Source: Tetramitus jugosus | Taxonomy: Eukaryota; Protista; Heterolobosea | NCBI GenBank assembly: GCA_937625935.1 | Contig: OW569349.1 | Location: forward strand, 496,001 to 560,000 | Reading direction: 5' to 3' | Length of the DNA stretch: 64,000 bases | Shown here: positions 32,443 through 44,884 of the stretch, piece by piece | Numbering within the stretch: position 1 is the stretch's first letter | Layout of the letters: the number at the start of each line of letters is the position of its first letter | Position numbers and translations under genes: made by a program | The notes under the pieces: generated by a model | What the model was told of the DNA's origin: nothing | What the model saw: the letters and a program-made list of their open reading frames with translations, nothing else | The model's database searches: none

Positions 32443-35203
32443 TCAACAGTCAACACGACGGAGCACAATCTTGGTTCCTTCAACAGATTGACACTGCCAT
32501 ATTCCTTCCAATGGGGTATAAGTGTACGCTTGCATTTCACTTGCTTGTGGCTGTGTTGCACTGAGTGACGACTTTCCTGATCTTCTTCTCCGCCTGTTGC
32601 CAGACTTTGATGTAGATCTCCTTCTGTCGCTGGAGCTTCGTTTTCGGCTGCTATTTACAGTAAATTCATCATCACCATCATCAAACTCCTCTTCATCTTC
32701 ATCATCATCTTCATCGAATAGATCAAAAGCAGGTTCGTCGTCTTCCAGAAATGAAAAATCTTCACCATCTTCATCTTCATCAAATAAATATGAGTGCTTG
32801 TGAGCAGGAACTTCCATATCAATATCGTCGTCTTCATCAGTCGGTATGACATCATCCACGTTGTAATAAATGTCAGAGGCATAATAGTTGCGATTTACAG
32901 CTCGATGCTGAGACTTTGGCTGATGGTCCTCTTTTTGCTTTCGTTCGAGTTGCATTTTCGCTTCATATTCCATATACTTTTTAGTCATTTCCTCATAGTT
33001 GCCTCTAACACTGTCCAAACGAGGAATAGGACCACCCAAATAGGTTTCAGGATCAATGTGCTTCCAACGAGCATTGATATCGTTCTTGCTGTTCGACTTT
33101 GTCTTTCTGGTAGGCACTGCAGCAACAGCAGGTATCGATTTCTCTCCAGTTCCACTCTGCCTTTCTTTCTTCTTGTTGTTTTGTGCAAACACTTGTGCAA
33201 TCTCTTTCGTGATTCGCTCAGGTATTCTAGGCGTCACTGATATACTCTTGTGCTCGTAACTTTCAATCTCTTCCTCTTCTTCTTCTCTATCATTCTTCTT
33301 CTTTTTCCTATTGGTTGATGTGTTTGTGAAATATCTCTTTCTTTCGATCATCTCTCTAGGTAAATGCATGTGGCAGTATGCTTCCTCGGATGTGTCCTCG
33401 CCACTCGACTTATTTTCCTGATCTTCCTTCTCGATCTGAGCAAGAAGCTCCTTGCGTCTCTCCTGGTCAGTAAAGTATTGAAAGTGAACCTCGTCGTTCT
33501 GTGCTCGCCACTGAGGAGTGAAAATCTCCTTAGTTTTGATCTCAGGTATCGTAAAGTTGCTTCGTAGTTCACTCCAAGGAACGACAATATTATCTAAATC
33601 GTAGGGAGAGGCACTTCGCGCGGATCGAGCAGAGGTTGGTGGACGTAGCCTTCGCGATGAAGGTGGTGTGACGACGGAATTTTTGTGAACGCGAGGAGGT
33701 GCTGGCCTCTTTCGCTTGACTGGTCTCTCTATCACTCTCTCTTGGAATGCAGGAATATTGACCTGGAGATTTGCTGTTGGACGTTTTCGTTTTCGAGGTT
33801 GAAAATATTTTCGCCTTGAAAACAATTGCAAGGATCGCTCGAGTTCATCTTTTGACACTGGTCGTGAGTGTGCACTCTTCTTCCCAATTGATTGAGAAAA
33901 CAGTGGATTAGAATTAATGTCCTTCCTTCGCTGAAGTGGAGAATATTGGTCGACTCGGGCATTGCGAACCATTTTTGGCATTAGTTCCTGTGATTTCCAA
34001 TCGAATCCAGCGAGCCGCGAAGGCACATAGTTCTTATCCTCAAATGAGCGACCAAGAGATTGAATAGCTTCTCTCTTATGCTCTGTAAGCTGATCAATCT
34101 CTGATTCGACGCACTGAAGATCTTTTTGCAGTTGATCAATGCGCAGTTGCATCCAATCCCATCTCCACTTGTGATCCAAGTGTAATTCATTCCATTCATC
34201 GACAATTATCCTCCGCACTCGATCCGTGGTCACTACAGGCTTTGGTGAAGGTTCTGGTTCAGATAAATCTGTGGATGAATCATAACCTACCATTGACGAT
34301 GATGAGGATTGATTGTCACTCTGTTTCTGTGTGCCCTCCTTCTTCACACTTGTCTCATAATCTACATTGTCCCGAGCATACTTTTCGTGAAAAGCAAGTG
34401 CGTTAGCCGTAGTAATCTCGGAGGCAATACTATTTACAACTTTAACGAGTTCGGACTGTAACTCCTGCCGTGCCATGGTTGATAGTAAAGTTTTTGCAAT
34501 CGCTTCCAAGGTGGCGCGTCCTTCAATGTTTCTCTCTCGATAGGGAATAAAAGTAGGTGGTGGAGCATTTTCTGTCTTGACTACTACTTTTGGAATATTC
34601 TGTGACTCACTCTCCTCTTTGTTACCAGTGACAGCAGCAGCCGTTTGAGATGGTTTTGTGAGTGACTCATTTGGTGACGCATCGATAGGTGTCTTATTCA
34701 GTGTACTATTGATTGGCGACGTGGCAGCAATCGGTTTCGAGTTGGAAATGGTAAACTTGTGAACTAGTCCATTCGTAGAAGAAGCAGTCAGCACACCAGC
34801 ATTACTATTGCTACTTGTTCCACAACTGTTTCCAGGTGCTGATGGTGATTGTATTGTTGTTGTAGGTATGTTGGTGTTCACTAACGGTGTTGACGTTGTT
34901 GTTGGAGCTGATGACTGCAAGAATGAAAAAGCATGCACGGCAGCCTTTGGAGTGCTGACATTATTGTTCATGTTTGCTGGAACATTTGTCCAATTCACTG
35001 CTGAGGTAGGTGTGGTTGGTGTATTGTTGTTTAATACGGGAGAAGGCAGAGCACTCAATGTCGTGCAGTTAGTTGACGCTACAGATGTGGTGGCGTTGGT
35101 CACAGTCGTATTATTATTATGATTGTTGGAGAAAATAGTGGTCTTATTCTGGTTGATGGGTGATTGTAAACCGCTACTCGATGAGTTTCCTTGTTGTTGC
35201 TGC

Positions 35204-35234
<31 letters not shown>

Positions 35235-35610
35235 GCTGCTGATTGTACATGGATGGGAAAAACATTGCGTTTGGCATGAACATAAAGGGTATACCCATCA
35301 TTGAGGCAGCACTCGTGGGTGTAGTTGCAGTGTTGTTCGAAGGAGTGATTGGAGATTGTTGTGAGGAAGGACTGACAGTTTCAATGGTTGGCCTATTGTT
35401 ATTATTATTATTAATAATACTACTATTGTTAGTGGAAGTAGCAGGAGTGGACATGATAGGGGAAGAGAGTGAAAAAACGCCATTCATAATAGGTGAATCA
35501 TTGTTGGTTTTGATTGGTCGTTGTTGCTGTTGTTGAGCATCTGCCATATTCGTCGTCGTCGTTGTTGTTGTCGTGTGAAGTCCATTCATATTCGTCATCA
35601 TATCACACAT
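32443..35610 (-). CDS. KANSL1: KANSL1/NSL1-like PEHE-domain protein
   Basis: WRWDWMQLRIDQL coil, DLDNIVVPW..KEIFTPQWR and EDTSEEAYCHMHLPREMIERKR occur in the same order as KANSL1 motifs and its PEHE domain. Confidence 0.75.
35191..35240 (-). repeat. (CAA/CAG)n microsatellite encoding poly-Q; representative of many such tracts in the window
   Basis: Direct reading of the TTG/CTG run on the + strand; similar tracts lie near 19695, 30295 and 57730. Confidence 0.9.
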
Positions 35611-36696
35611 GTATCTCTGTAATATCGTTGTTGTTCGAAACTTGTGTGTATTCGATTGGGTGAGAATATATCTATATGCTCTTGCGTGAAATGTTTACCC
35701 AAATTTGCCGTTGATATAGTTTTTTGATGATTGTTGTATCGTAGTACTCTCGATTTCTTCTCTCTAGTTCGTACGGTTGTTGCTCTCTCTGCTTTCAGTT
35801 GGTTGAAACAGTTTTGTTGCGCAACTCAAAAAAAATCGTTCAAGCTCTCTCGTTCTGGTCAATTGCTCGTGGCGGTGGTGTGTGAAGTGAACTGTCAGAC
35901 TCAAAGGGAGGAAAAAAAAGCAGTCGTTTTCTTCGATGTTGTCGGAACCTCACGAAAAAAAACGAGTGACGATTTTTTTGGCCGTTGCAATTTTTTCCGA
36001 CGTCACTATTTTTTCGCGCCAATGATAAGTTGAAGTTGCCTGATGCGGAACATCCGAGAGCATGCAATGGTTTGTTCTGGTGTTACTTAGCAGTCCAAGT
36101 GTGTGGGTCCCGCTTACTTTAGTCATTTGCTGAAGTTGAATGGCAACTTTCATTTTCAGTGGTGTGTTTGTGGGATTTTTGTAAAATGATTCAGACTTAC
36201 ATTTTGTTGAAATTTGTTTCCCTGGTTCATTCATCTTATTGACTCTCCTTATTCAATAAGATGAAACATTAGATCCCAAATGGATGTACATAGATCCATG
36301 GAATAAGAGGAAAACTTTTCAGAGGTGCACATCAACTATCAACTATGTAAAAGCCAACAAAAATATCTTTGGTGGAATGTTTTTTGTTCCAAACATCCAT
36401 GGCACATTTCAAAGGATTGAAATGGTGGTATTCATCCGAGAATTATGTCCCATAACAACCACATGAAGATCAGGGAGAATACATCTTGAAGTAAAGTTGT
36501 GTGGTCACTTTGGCTGTGTATTTAATTTTTTTCCGTCTGTTCGGTGAATTGTTCATTCGCGCCAGAGACTCAGGCGTTGCATCTCCCGCCAAATGAAATG
36601 CTCGTTACGCTATCGTCGTCAAGCAGAAATTAAAAACAAACACGTACGGACTCTTTTCAAACTCTTTGATTATTCAGTGAGAGGTACTAGATAATC

Positions 36697-39600
36697 ATGT
36701 CCGATGTTGGTTTTTACACATCAACTACAATTGAGCAATCACGAGGTAAGAGCATGTCATTGCAATTTTATTTACTTTAGCAATGAACTAACAGCATAAT
36801 GATAATCATAGATGCGATGAAGAACACGATGGGCAGTCGACCCCCATCATCATCAAACCGTCCTGGTAGACAACCACTAGCAGCGATTATTGCCTCTGAT
36901 ATGAGTGGAAACAGCTCTGACGGGAATGCAATTCAACCAATTGTGGTCAATTCAGAAAAAGAGCTAGAAATGGAATTTGAAGGTCTGAGAGATATGTTGA
37001 AAGACAAGAAGAATGATTGGAAAGCGAGATGTGATGCCTTGAAGCGACTTCAGGCTCTTTTATATGGTGGAGCATGTGAATTTGATTGTTTTTTGACTTT
37101 GTTGCACGGAATGAAAGAGTCTATTGCGACTCAATTGGGAGAACTGAGATCCAGCATAGTTCGTGAGGCATGTCACACTGTGAATGTTCTATCAAAATTA
37201 TTGGGGGATAAGTTTGAGAGCTTTGGGGATTATTTGATGCCTTGTCTGTTCAAGTTAGTTGTTGTCACGATTCAAATCATGTCTGACTCTGGTAATCATT
37301 GTGTACACACAATGATAAAGCACAGTCGATTATCGAAGAGTATCCCCTTGATTCTTGAGACTGTTTCCTCGAAAAAAACGCATGGATCTCTGCGAACTCG
37401 ATGTGCAGAATACATGCTTGTGTTATTGGAGGAACCCTCTCAGACGAACGTTGAACGATATTGCGATCAGTTTGCGAGTACAATTCAAACTTGTCTGGGT
37501 GATGGTTTGGCTCAAGTGAGAGCATCCGCCAGGCAATGCTATTGGGCTTTTTCAAAGCATTGGCCTGACCGAGCTTCTAAATTATTTGCAGCACTCGATT
37601 CTTCCACCCAAAAGAATATAAGTAAGGATGAGCCGGCAAAAAGAGTAATTAGTGAAAGCGTCACCCGACCTAAGAGTGCTGCTTCCTCGAAAACAAGAGT
37701 AGCAATTAGTAATTTGAGGAAAAAGGCTGCTAAAGCTGCGTCCAAAATGGATGACTTTATCTCTCCTACGACTCCTTCGGGCTATCCTGAAACAAACAAC
37801 TTTGAGATGGATCTGAGTGATACTATTCGATCCAATTCGTCAACTAACTCTGGCTCTTTGCGATCTGAACAAAGCTCATCCTCAAAGGTGAGAAAAGAGC
37901 CAACATCACAACTTTCAGCAGCTCCAATGCGCGCAAAGAGTGCCGGTAAGAATATATTGGTTCCCTCTACAAAATCATTCCAAGCTCTCAATTCTACTGG
38001 AGCAGCAACAAAAGCTATGGATGATTCTGCTCGACAACGTCAGCCTACTCTGCATCAAGATTCATTCAACAATCACTTAGTTCCATCAAATAGACCTTCA
38101 CGGTTGGTTCCTGCAGATACATCCTCCCTTTCACGAGCAACAAGCTCGTCAAGCATTGCCAGTCAAGATAGCGATCGAATGACTGACATATGTGAAGAAG
38201 AGCCTCAACCTTCGTTTGTGGACCAACACTTTTCTGTTATTATTAGAGAATGCTCTAACCAAGATTGGAACATAAGAGTTAAGTGTCTCGAGAGCATTGT
38301 TGTTATTTGCCGGTCAGATCGAAAAGGAGAACTCTCTGCAAATTTTGACAAGATAATGAGCGTCCTTTTGGAAAGAATAATGGATACTCACTACCGAGTC
38401 GTGAATCGAGCTTTGTTGTGCATGGTTTGCTTAATTTCTGAATTTACGCAACACTTCGAAATCTATCTGGAAAGAGTATTTTCCAAAATTTTGTTAAAGC
38501 TGACTGATCCAAAGGAAAAGGTACGGAAGTTGACTGAGAATGTTCTGCTCGAAGTCGGTAATAACTATACTGCTGAGAATCTTCTCCCAGTTTTGTTTAA
38601 GGTGTTGGATAACTCCAACAGCAAAGTTCAACTGGCCTGCCTTGAATATATCTTGCATATTGTTCCAAACTCAGTAGCCTATCTGAGTCATCCATCTCAT
38701 ATGCGTATGGCCATTACCAAGTTAAATACTGTCTTGAGCAACAAAAAGAGTGGAAGATCATGTGAAGCTGCAGCTCTAGCCCTTCTTCTCTCTCTGTACA
38801 AGACTCACATTCGACTCTTTTTAGAGCAGATTCTACTTCTGCCAATCAATGAACAGCTCAGCCTTAAAGGACTCCTTGAAACGAAAATTCCAGACTTGGA
38901 ATCTGAACTTGCCTCTGTTTCCAAACAAAAGGCTTCAACCAGAAGAGCTTCAACGGGAGCAAGATCACCTGATTCTCACTCCTCAAAAAGTGCCAGAAGA
39001 GCCAGTAGTGAAACTACTATTGAGAGTGCTCCACCAACTGTCGCACCAACAGAGCCTGAAATTATGAACGATGGGTTGTTAATGATTCCCTCTCGTGTCC
39101 TAGAAAAAATACAACGTAGGGCCAACTCCCAAGTACCACCAAGTTCCAATCAATCAGCTCCAAAAGACTACAATCCTCAGGCATATGAGAAGAAGCACAA
39201 TGAACCCAAGAAGAAAGCTTTAGATGAAATTGCTGACATGTTGAATCAAATCAACTACAATTGTATAGTATCACGTGCTTTCGAAGAGGCTTGCAAGAGT
39301 ATTCGAAGGCTAACTGAGCTGATACGAGTACCAGAGAATGTTGATGTGATTGGTTATGTTTTCGCAAAGCTCTTGTTCAAAGTATTAGAACTAATTAATA
39401 ACGAGGATTCCGGAGTTCGATCATGCTCATTGTATATGCTACAAGCCCTTTTGCAATATCACATATCACAGTTTGAGTCGTTTGCTGATATCACACTAAA
39501 AAAGATCATGTCCAAGTATACGGATCCGTCTGTGGAGGTGTTTCGGGCAGCTGTGGAAGTATCAGAGACATTTGTGGATAACGTTGATCCGCTCAGAACT

Positions 39601-39990
39601 ATTGAAGCTCTAAAATCTATGATCGTAAGCAACTTGACCGTCAATAGACAAAATTCAACACTAGGAGCATTGGATGGTGGTGCTAAACCTTATGATCCAC
39701 GCGATGCTATACTCTTGGGAAGTATCAAGCTCATGTCCAAAATTGTGAGCAGTCAAAGATTGACAATTGATACTCTGAATCCAATCATTCCAAGCATACT
39801 ACCCGGATTGGCAGATAGTATGAATCACTCAAATGCGGATATCCGGAAGGCAGTTGTTTACTGTCTTGTTGATTTATTCGATAAGCTAGGCCCATCTTTC
39901 CGCACGGACCTCAGCACTAGTTTAACAGAAAGTCAGATTAAACTTGTCACAGTGTACCTAAAGGAACGAAAGAATAGAGCGTTGAAATGA
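36697..39990 (+). CDS. CLASP: CLIP-associated protein (CLASP), TOG/HEAT microtubule regulator; exons 36697-36745, 36812-39990
   Basis: DWKARCDAL, ELRSSIVREAC, LRTRCAEY, VRASARQCYW and the C-terminal ADIRKAVVYCLVD...QIKLVTVY; intron 36746-36811. Confidence 0.93.
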
Positions 39991-40176
39991 ATCTGCTCTC
40001 CATCTCCCACACTTCCCTCTCTGTTGCAAATAGGACTTGCTTCAGCTCTAAACAAATAAAACATGACATTCAAATGCAACTGTGACAAAACTCAGAGAGG
40101 TTCACTCGCTCCTTTTGACAAGAATAAGATTGTGTTTTTATTCCATCGTCACATCAGTCATATGCGTCGTACTATT

Positions 40177-40694
40177 TTACAGTTGCTTGTTCTCCTCGGC
40201 AGCACTTTGTTGCTGTTGGAGAAGCAATTGTTGTTCCTTTCTCAGTTTTTTAGCCTGCAATGTCTGATCAGCAGGTATTTCCAAAATTCTTTCGAGTTCC
40301 ACGTCCTTGTCTTCATCCCTTGACACAATATCCTTTGCAATTCTCTCCCGTTTTTGCTATCATTCAAACCAAATCATCACCATCATCATCATCATCATCC
40401 ATATTGCATGAACATGCAAAGTACAACGGATCAAATTGACGTTGCATTTAAATGTTGTTGTTTAGCGTCAATCAATCACACATAACAAAAAGAAATACAA
40501 TCGAATTCGAAACAACATACTCTATCTTCCTTCCATTCATCAAAGTGCATTGCCCAATTGAACAATCCATAGACGAGCATGGCACCACACAAACCAGAAA
40601 ATGCCATCAGACCATAGTTGGATGCTTTCCATACTGTATTTACCCATCTCCTTGGTGCATTTGTCTTGTTGTTGACTTGAGTGTTGTTGGTCAT
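40177..40694 (-). CDS. Small single-TM hypothetical protein (117 aa); exons 40694-40521, 40356-40177
   Basis: Phase-0 intron 40520-40357 (GTATGT..ATAG) gives a TM segment plus a charged tail ending KQL*. Confidence 0.65.
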
Positions 40695-40886
40695 TGTGCG
40701 CTTCTATTGTTGTTGTTGTTTGGCCCTATTTGAATTTTTCTTGTTTGTGGTCCAATTTTGTCCGACTGAGCAAGTTTTTCCATGTGAAAAGTCTTTTGTG
40801 GTGCGTGAGGGAACAAGTCTGTGAAGCTCTATCTGAGATCTATCTTTCGAGCTCTTTTGTGAAAAGCATAATATGTTTTTATTTTT

Positions 40887-41437
40887 CTACTTGTTATCGT
40901 GCGAATGACCACCCTTCTTGGCCATTGTTGTGCTCACAGAGTCAGAGTAATACTCTGGTTTGCGTATTGTTACACCATACTCAGCCAAGCTATTGGCCAA
41001 GTCATCATTGGTCAGAACTAATCTTTCCTCCTTCTCCTTCTTTGAAGCAGAAACCTTGTCTCTCAGAAGGGCATTCTTCTGCCGTTGTTGACAGTAGTGG
41101 TAAGAATCTCCGACAACGTCGGAGATGAATTTTTGGGCGGAGAGAGACAAAAGTCTGAGCACTCTCTTATCAGAGGTTTTGAAGCCTGTTCTCTGCAAGT
41201 AATATGCGATCACTTCATCTGGTATCTAAAGAAAAAATGAGAATGTGTGAGTGAGATTTGCAGAAGCTGATCAACTGATTTTTTTCATCGTATTCTGATG
41301 AAAGCTTTTGTGATTCTTACCACTGGAGAGAACGTTTCTAATGAGTCCAAGAAATCATCGAGCTCATCGTTTGTGAGTCCTCCGTTTGCCTTTGTTTCAC
41401 TTTCGTCTGATTGATCCATGTGACTGTCGTGATTCAT
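40887..41437 (-). CDS. TAF10: TFIID/SAGA subunit TAF10; exons 41437-41321, 41225-40887
   Basis: [11 protein letters not shown]|[52 protein letters not shown]. Confidence 0.95.
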
Positions 41438-41532
41438 TTCAACTGACGAAAAAAAAGCAACTTTTTGTTTGAACAAACAGCTCTCATGAACTTCAATGAA
41501 TTTTTTTTAAATACTCCGATGTTGTATTGATT

Positions 41533-41715
41533 TTATTTTCGACTGGCGGGAGCTCGGCCAATGTGATACACTTGCTCTTCGTCAATGTTCTTGGTCTTCT
41601 CTGGATGGAGTTTCGTATCCGAAGTCTGGGCCGAGGGAACAAAAATTGGCTTGTCCTTGTTCTCTCTTCGACTCGCAGGTGCTCTTCCCAACTGACTCAG
41701 TTTTTCTTCTTCCAT
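41533..41715 (-). CDS. 60-aa microprotein with two [L/I]GRAPASR repeats
   Basis: A-rich start context, AATAAA overlapping the stop, and repeat copies that differ only at synonymous positions. Confidence 0.6.
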   Translation of the reverse strand: MEEEKLSQLGRAPASRRENKDKPIFVPSAQTSDTKLHPEKTKNIDEEQVYHIGRAPASRK

Positions 41716-41983
41716 TCTTTTATGTAATCGCTGTTTTGATCCACCACAGTTTTAAATTTGAGGGTCATTTCAACTTGGTTGATCAGTCGATAACAAAGAA
41801 TCTATCCATTGTATTTACAACAGATCGGAGAAAACAAAATATCCCAAAATCTTGTTAGCCCGAACAGCCACCAAACAATCATCCAAAATACAAACCCGTA
41901 CGACCAGAGGACTCCAAAGGAGAAAAGCACGCTCGAGCAACCTCACCTTCGCACACCATCGCAAATAATAACGCACATGTCTC

Positions 41984-44701
41984 ATGCACAATAATCTCTT
42001 TGCAAATCACAACAACAACAACGAATCTTCTTCTTCATTTGACGATAGCACTGCCGCCGTCATACCTACTACTCCCTCAACAGCTACTCCACCCTTTGTC
42101 TTTTCCACTACTACTACTAAAACCACTCCAGTCACAATGACTCTTCAAAATCATCACAATAATGACGATGGTGGTTCCAATGTGGTTGATCAACAACAAC
42201 AACAACCATCATCACCACAAAATAATAACAACAATAATAACAACAATGAACAACCATCATCATCATCATCACATATAGCAACCACTGGTTCATGGTGGAA
42301 AGACACTCTCATTCATCAATACGTCAATTTGACATCCGCAGTCTCTCGTCCCAAAATGCCCAAATACTTTACCAGTAATTTTTACTTGACATTGAATGAT
42401 CCTCAATTGGACACAATCAAATCAGCATCAGTCAATGAACGTGTCAAATTGCGGCGTCAGACTCACATGTACCGCACAGGAGAAGACACTTTTTTATCTC
42501 TATTGCATGAATTTGTGCGTAATGCGCACAATCGAACGAGACGTTGGATACAGACACCTTCGATTGCTACGATACTGTTTCTTGTGCTGCTCGGATTCAT
42601 TGCTGCAGTCGCTAGTGTGCTCATTGAAGTCATGCTCTCTCACATGATCAATGCACGTCAAATTGTAGCCACGTTGGCCGTTCATTACACTGCCAATTGG
42701 ATGCTATGGATCGCGTATGGCCTGTTTTTTGCCTTTTTGAGTTCCTGTTGTGTTCAGCACATTAGTCCTTATATTGTGGGATCGGGGATGCCCGAGATGA
42801 AAACCATCATCTCTGGTATCAAGATGGACAAGGTGTTGTCACTGAGAACCATGATTGCAAAGTTTTTTGGTGTGGCCACAACGATATCAGGAGGTTTTGT
42901 CGTTGGTCGCGTCGGTCCGTTCTCTCACATTATTGCGTGCATGGCTGAGCAATTGCTCAAGATTCGTCTCTTTAAACGATTGCACAACAATGATTTTGTG
43001 AGGTGTAACATTTTGTCGGCTGCTTGTGCGGCTGGTGTGTCTGCAACGTTTGGTGCACCCATTGGAGGTGTGTTGTTCAGTGTCGAGATTACGTCCACCT
43101 ATTTTTTGGTGTCCAATGTGTGGAGAGGATTGTTGTGCTCCATGATTTGTGCCTTCTTTTTCTACATGGCACGATTACTCGGTTTTGTGAGTCATCACCC
43201 AGAGTTCCTCAGTCTGTTCCCAACAAACTTTCACGGTGTTCAGTACAAGCCATACGAATATGGTTTGTTTGTCCTGTTGGGAATCATAATTGGTATTGCT
43301 GGCGGAATGTTTATTACGATATTTGTGGCATTGATCAAGGCAAGAAACAAGAGACCATGGCTCAGAGATGCAAAGTATTGGACTGTTATGTTGCTGTGCT
43401 TGGTGATTGCTTGTGTTGATTTCCATATTCCATTGTTGAAGAATCCACCGGGCAAAACAATGAACATGCTGTTTGGTATTACGAATCTCAATCCAAAGTT
43501 TGGCAAGTATTTGCACTTGTCGCTCTACGTGGGCCTCAAGTACATTTTCACCATCTTGTCAATGTGCCTGCCCATTCCATCGGGTCAAGTTGTGCAATCG
43601 TTTATGATGGGTGCTGGAGCTGGCCGATTGTTTGGTGAGTTAATGCATGACTTGATTCCAGGAGTGACGAATCCTGCAGGTTATGCCGTTATGGGTGCAT
43701 GTGCTTGGGCAGCCAGTACCACGAGAGCCTACTCTATGGTTCTCATTGTTTTGGAGATTACAGGTCAATTGAATTATTTGGTGCCTTGTATGGTGTGCAC
43801 AGTGGTTGCTGTCACTGTTGCCTCTTGCATCTCAGATTCAATTTACAACATTATGATCAAGGTGAGAAATCTGCCTTATTTGAGTATGCCTGATGTGTAC
43901 ACTGGTCAGAATGTCCTGGCATTCAATATTATGCAAACAAAAGTGGATGTCATTACATGTAACTCATCTGCAGAGGAAATTTTGAAGCTTTTGATTGACA
44001 ATGATCATGACTCATTCCCTGTTGTGGACAACAAGGAGAATCTATTGTTGTTAGGTGAGGCTCAAAGACAACACATTCAACAAATGCTGGAGAAAGCAGA
44101 AGAAAATATTTCAAACAAGGAACAAACAGTAGAATTAGAGGACACCGAGCTTGTTCAGCAGCCCATCGCCTTCCCACTAAGTGTGACAACCGTTAGCCCA
44201 GATAGCAACAATACTCCTGTTATCCCTCAGACTCTTGTTCAACTCGACGATACTTGTATGGTTCTACCAAATCCATTCGATGATGTGTATGACAAGTCCA
44301 TGGCAGCATCCTCCTCATCTTCCGCTGTTCAGCAACGATCTGATCAGAAATCTGATGGATCATCGTTGTCATCATCACTACCAGCTGAACAAGAACCAGA
44401 ACAACCAACACTTAGGAACAGAAAGACAAAGGACAGTTCAATCACTCATCAAAATATGCGTATTGTGATTCATGCAGCAAAGTATATTGCACTGAACAAG
44501 GGTACTGAGAATGAGATGATGCTACAGATTGATCCTTCGCCATTCTGCATCACTGAGCTCACAACGATGAATAAGATCTTTTATCTGTACACCATGCTTG
44601 GATTGTCTCATGCATGGGTTGTTTCCTTTGGTCGTTTAACTGGTGTTCTCACCAAGAGAAATCTAATTGATGCCAGTAACTCCATGGAGCAGACTCTGTG
44701 A
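41984..44701 (+). CDS. CLC chloride channel (ClC-1/2/K-like branch) with two CBS domains
   Basis: GSGMPE, GRVGP, FGAPIGGVLFSVEITSTYF, SIY; CBS motifs FPVVD and IDPSPF..GRLTGVLT. Confidence 0.95.
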   Translation: MHNNLFANHNNNNESSSSFDDSTAAVIPTTPSTATPPFVFSTTTTKTTPVTMTLQNHHNNDDGGSNVVDQQQQQPSSPQNNNNNNNNNEQPSSSSSHIATTGSWWKDTLIHQYVNLTSAVSRPKMPKYFTSNFYLTLNDPQLDTIKSASVNERVKLRRQTHMYRTGEDTFLSLLHEFVRNAHNRTRRWIQTPSIATILFLVLLGFIAAVASVLIEVMLSHMINARQIVATLAVHYTANWMLWIAYGLFFAFLSSCCVQHISPYIVGSGMPEMKTIISGIKMDKVLSLRTMIAKFFGVATTISGGFVVGRVGPFSHIIACMAEQLLKIRLFKRLHNNDFVRCNILSAACAAGVSATFGAPIGGVLFSVEITSTYFLVSNVWRGLLCSMICAFFFYMARLLGFVSHHPEFLSLFPTNFHGVQYKPYEYGLFVLLGIIIGIAGGMFITIFVALIKARNKRPWLRDAKYWTVMLLCLVIACVDFHIPLLKNPPGKTMNMLFGITNLNPKFGKYLHLSLYVGLKYIFTILSMCLPIPSGQVVQSFMMGAGAGRLFGELMHDLIPGVTNPAGYAVMGACAWAASTTRAYSMVLIVLEITGQLNYLVPCMVCTVVAVTVASCISDSIYNIMIKVRNLPYLSMPDVYTGQNVLAFNIMQTKVDVITCNSSAEEILKLLIDNDHDSFPVVDNKENLLLLGEAQRQHIQQMLEKAEENISNKEQTVELEDTELVQQPIAFPLSVTTVSPDSNNTPVIPQTLVQLDDTCMVLPNPFDDVYDKSMAASSSSSAVQQRSDQKSDGSSLSSSLPAEQEPEQPTLRNRKTKDSSITHQNMRIVIHAAKYIALNKGTENEMMLQIDPSPFCITELTTMNKIFYLYTMLGLSHAWVVSFGRLTGVLTKRNLIDASNSMEQTL

Positions 44702-44884
44702 TGAAAGCTAAACAACACTTTCTAGCTATTAAATACTGCCATATCAACATCTAATTACTCACAATGTATTTCCTCGTATGACTGGTATCCATACTTGATA
44801 TGAGTTGCACAACAAATGAGGCGCCTTTTTTGATACAACCATCAATCAAAAGGAGCGTTTAGGTCGTATTGAACTAGTTTTGAT

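Noticed and set aside
44820-44858. Imperfect inverted repeat between the convergent CLC and ligase genes
   Set aside because: Bulged and A/T-rich; intrinsic terminators do not apply to eukaryotic Pol II genes.
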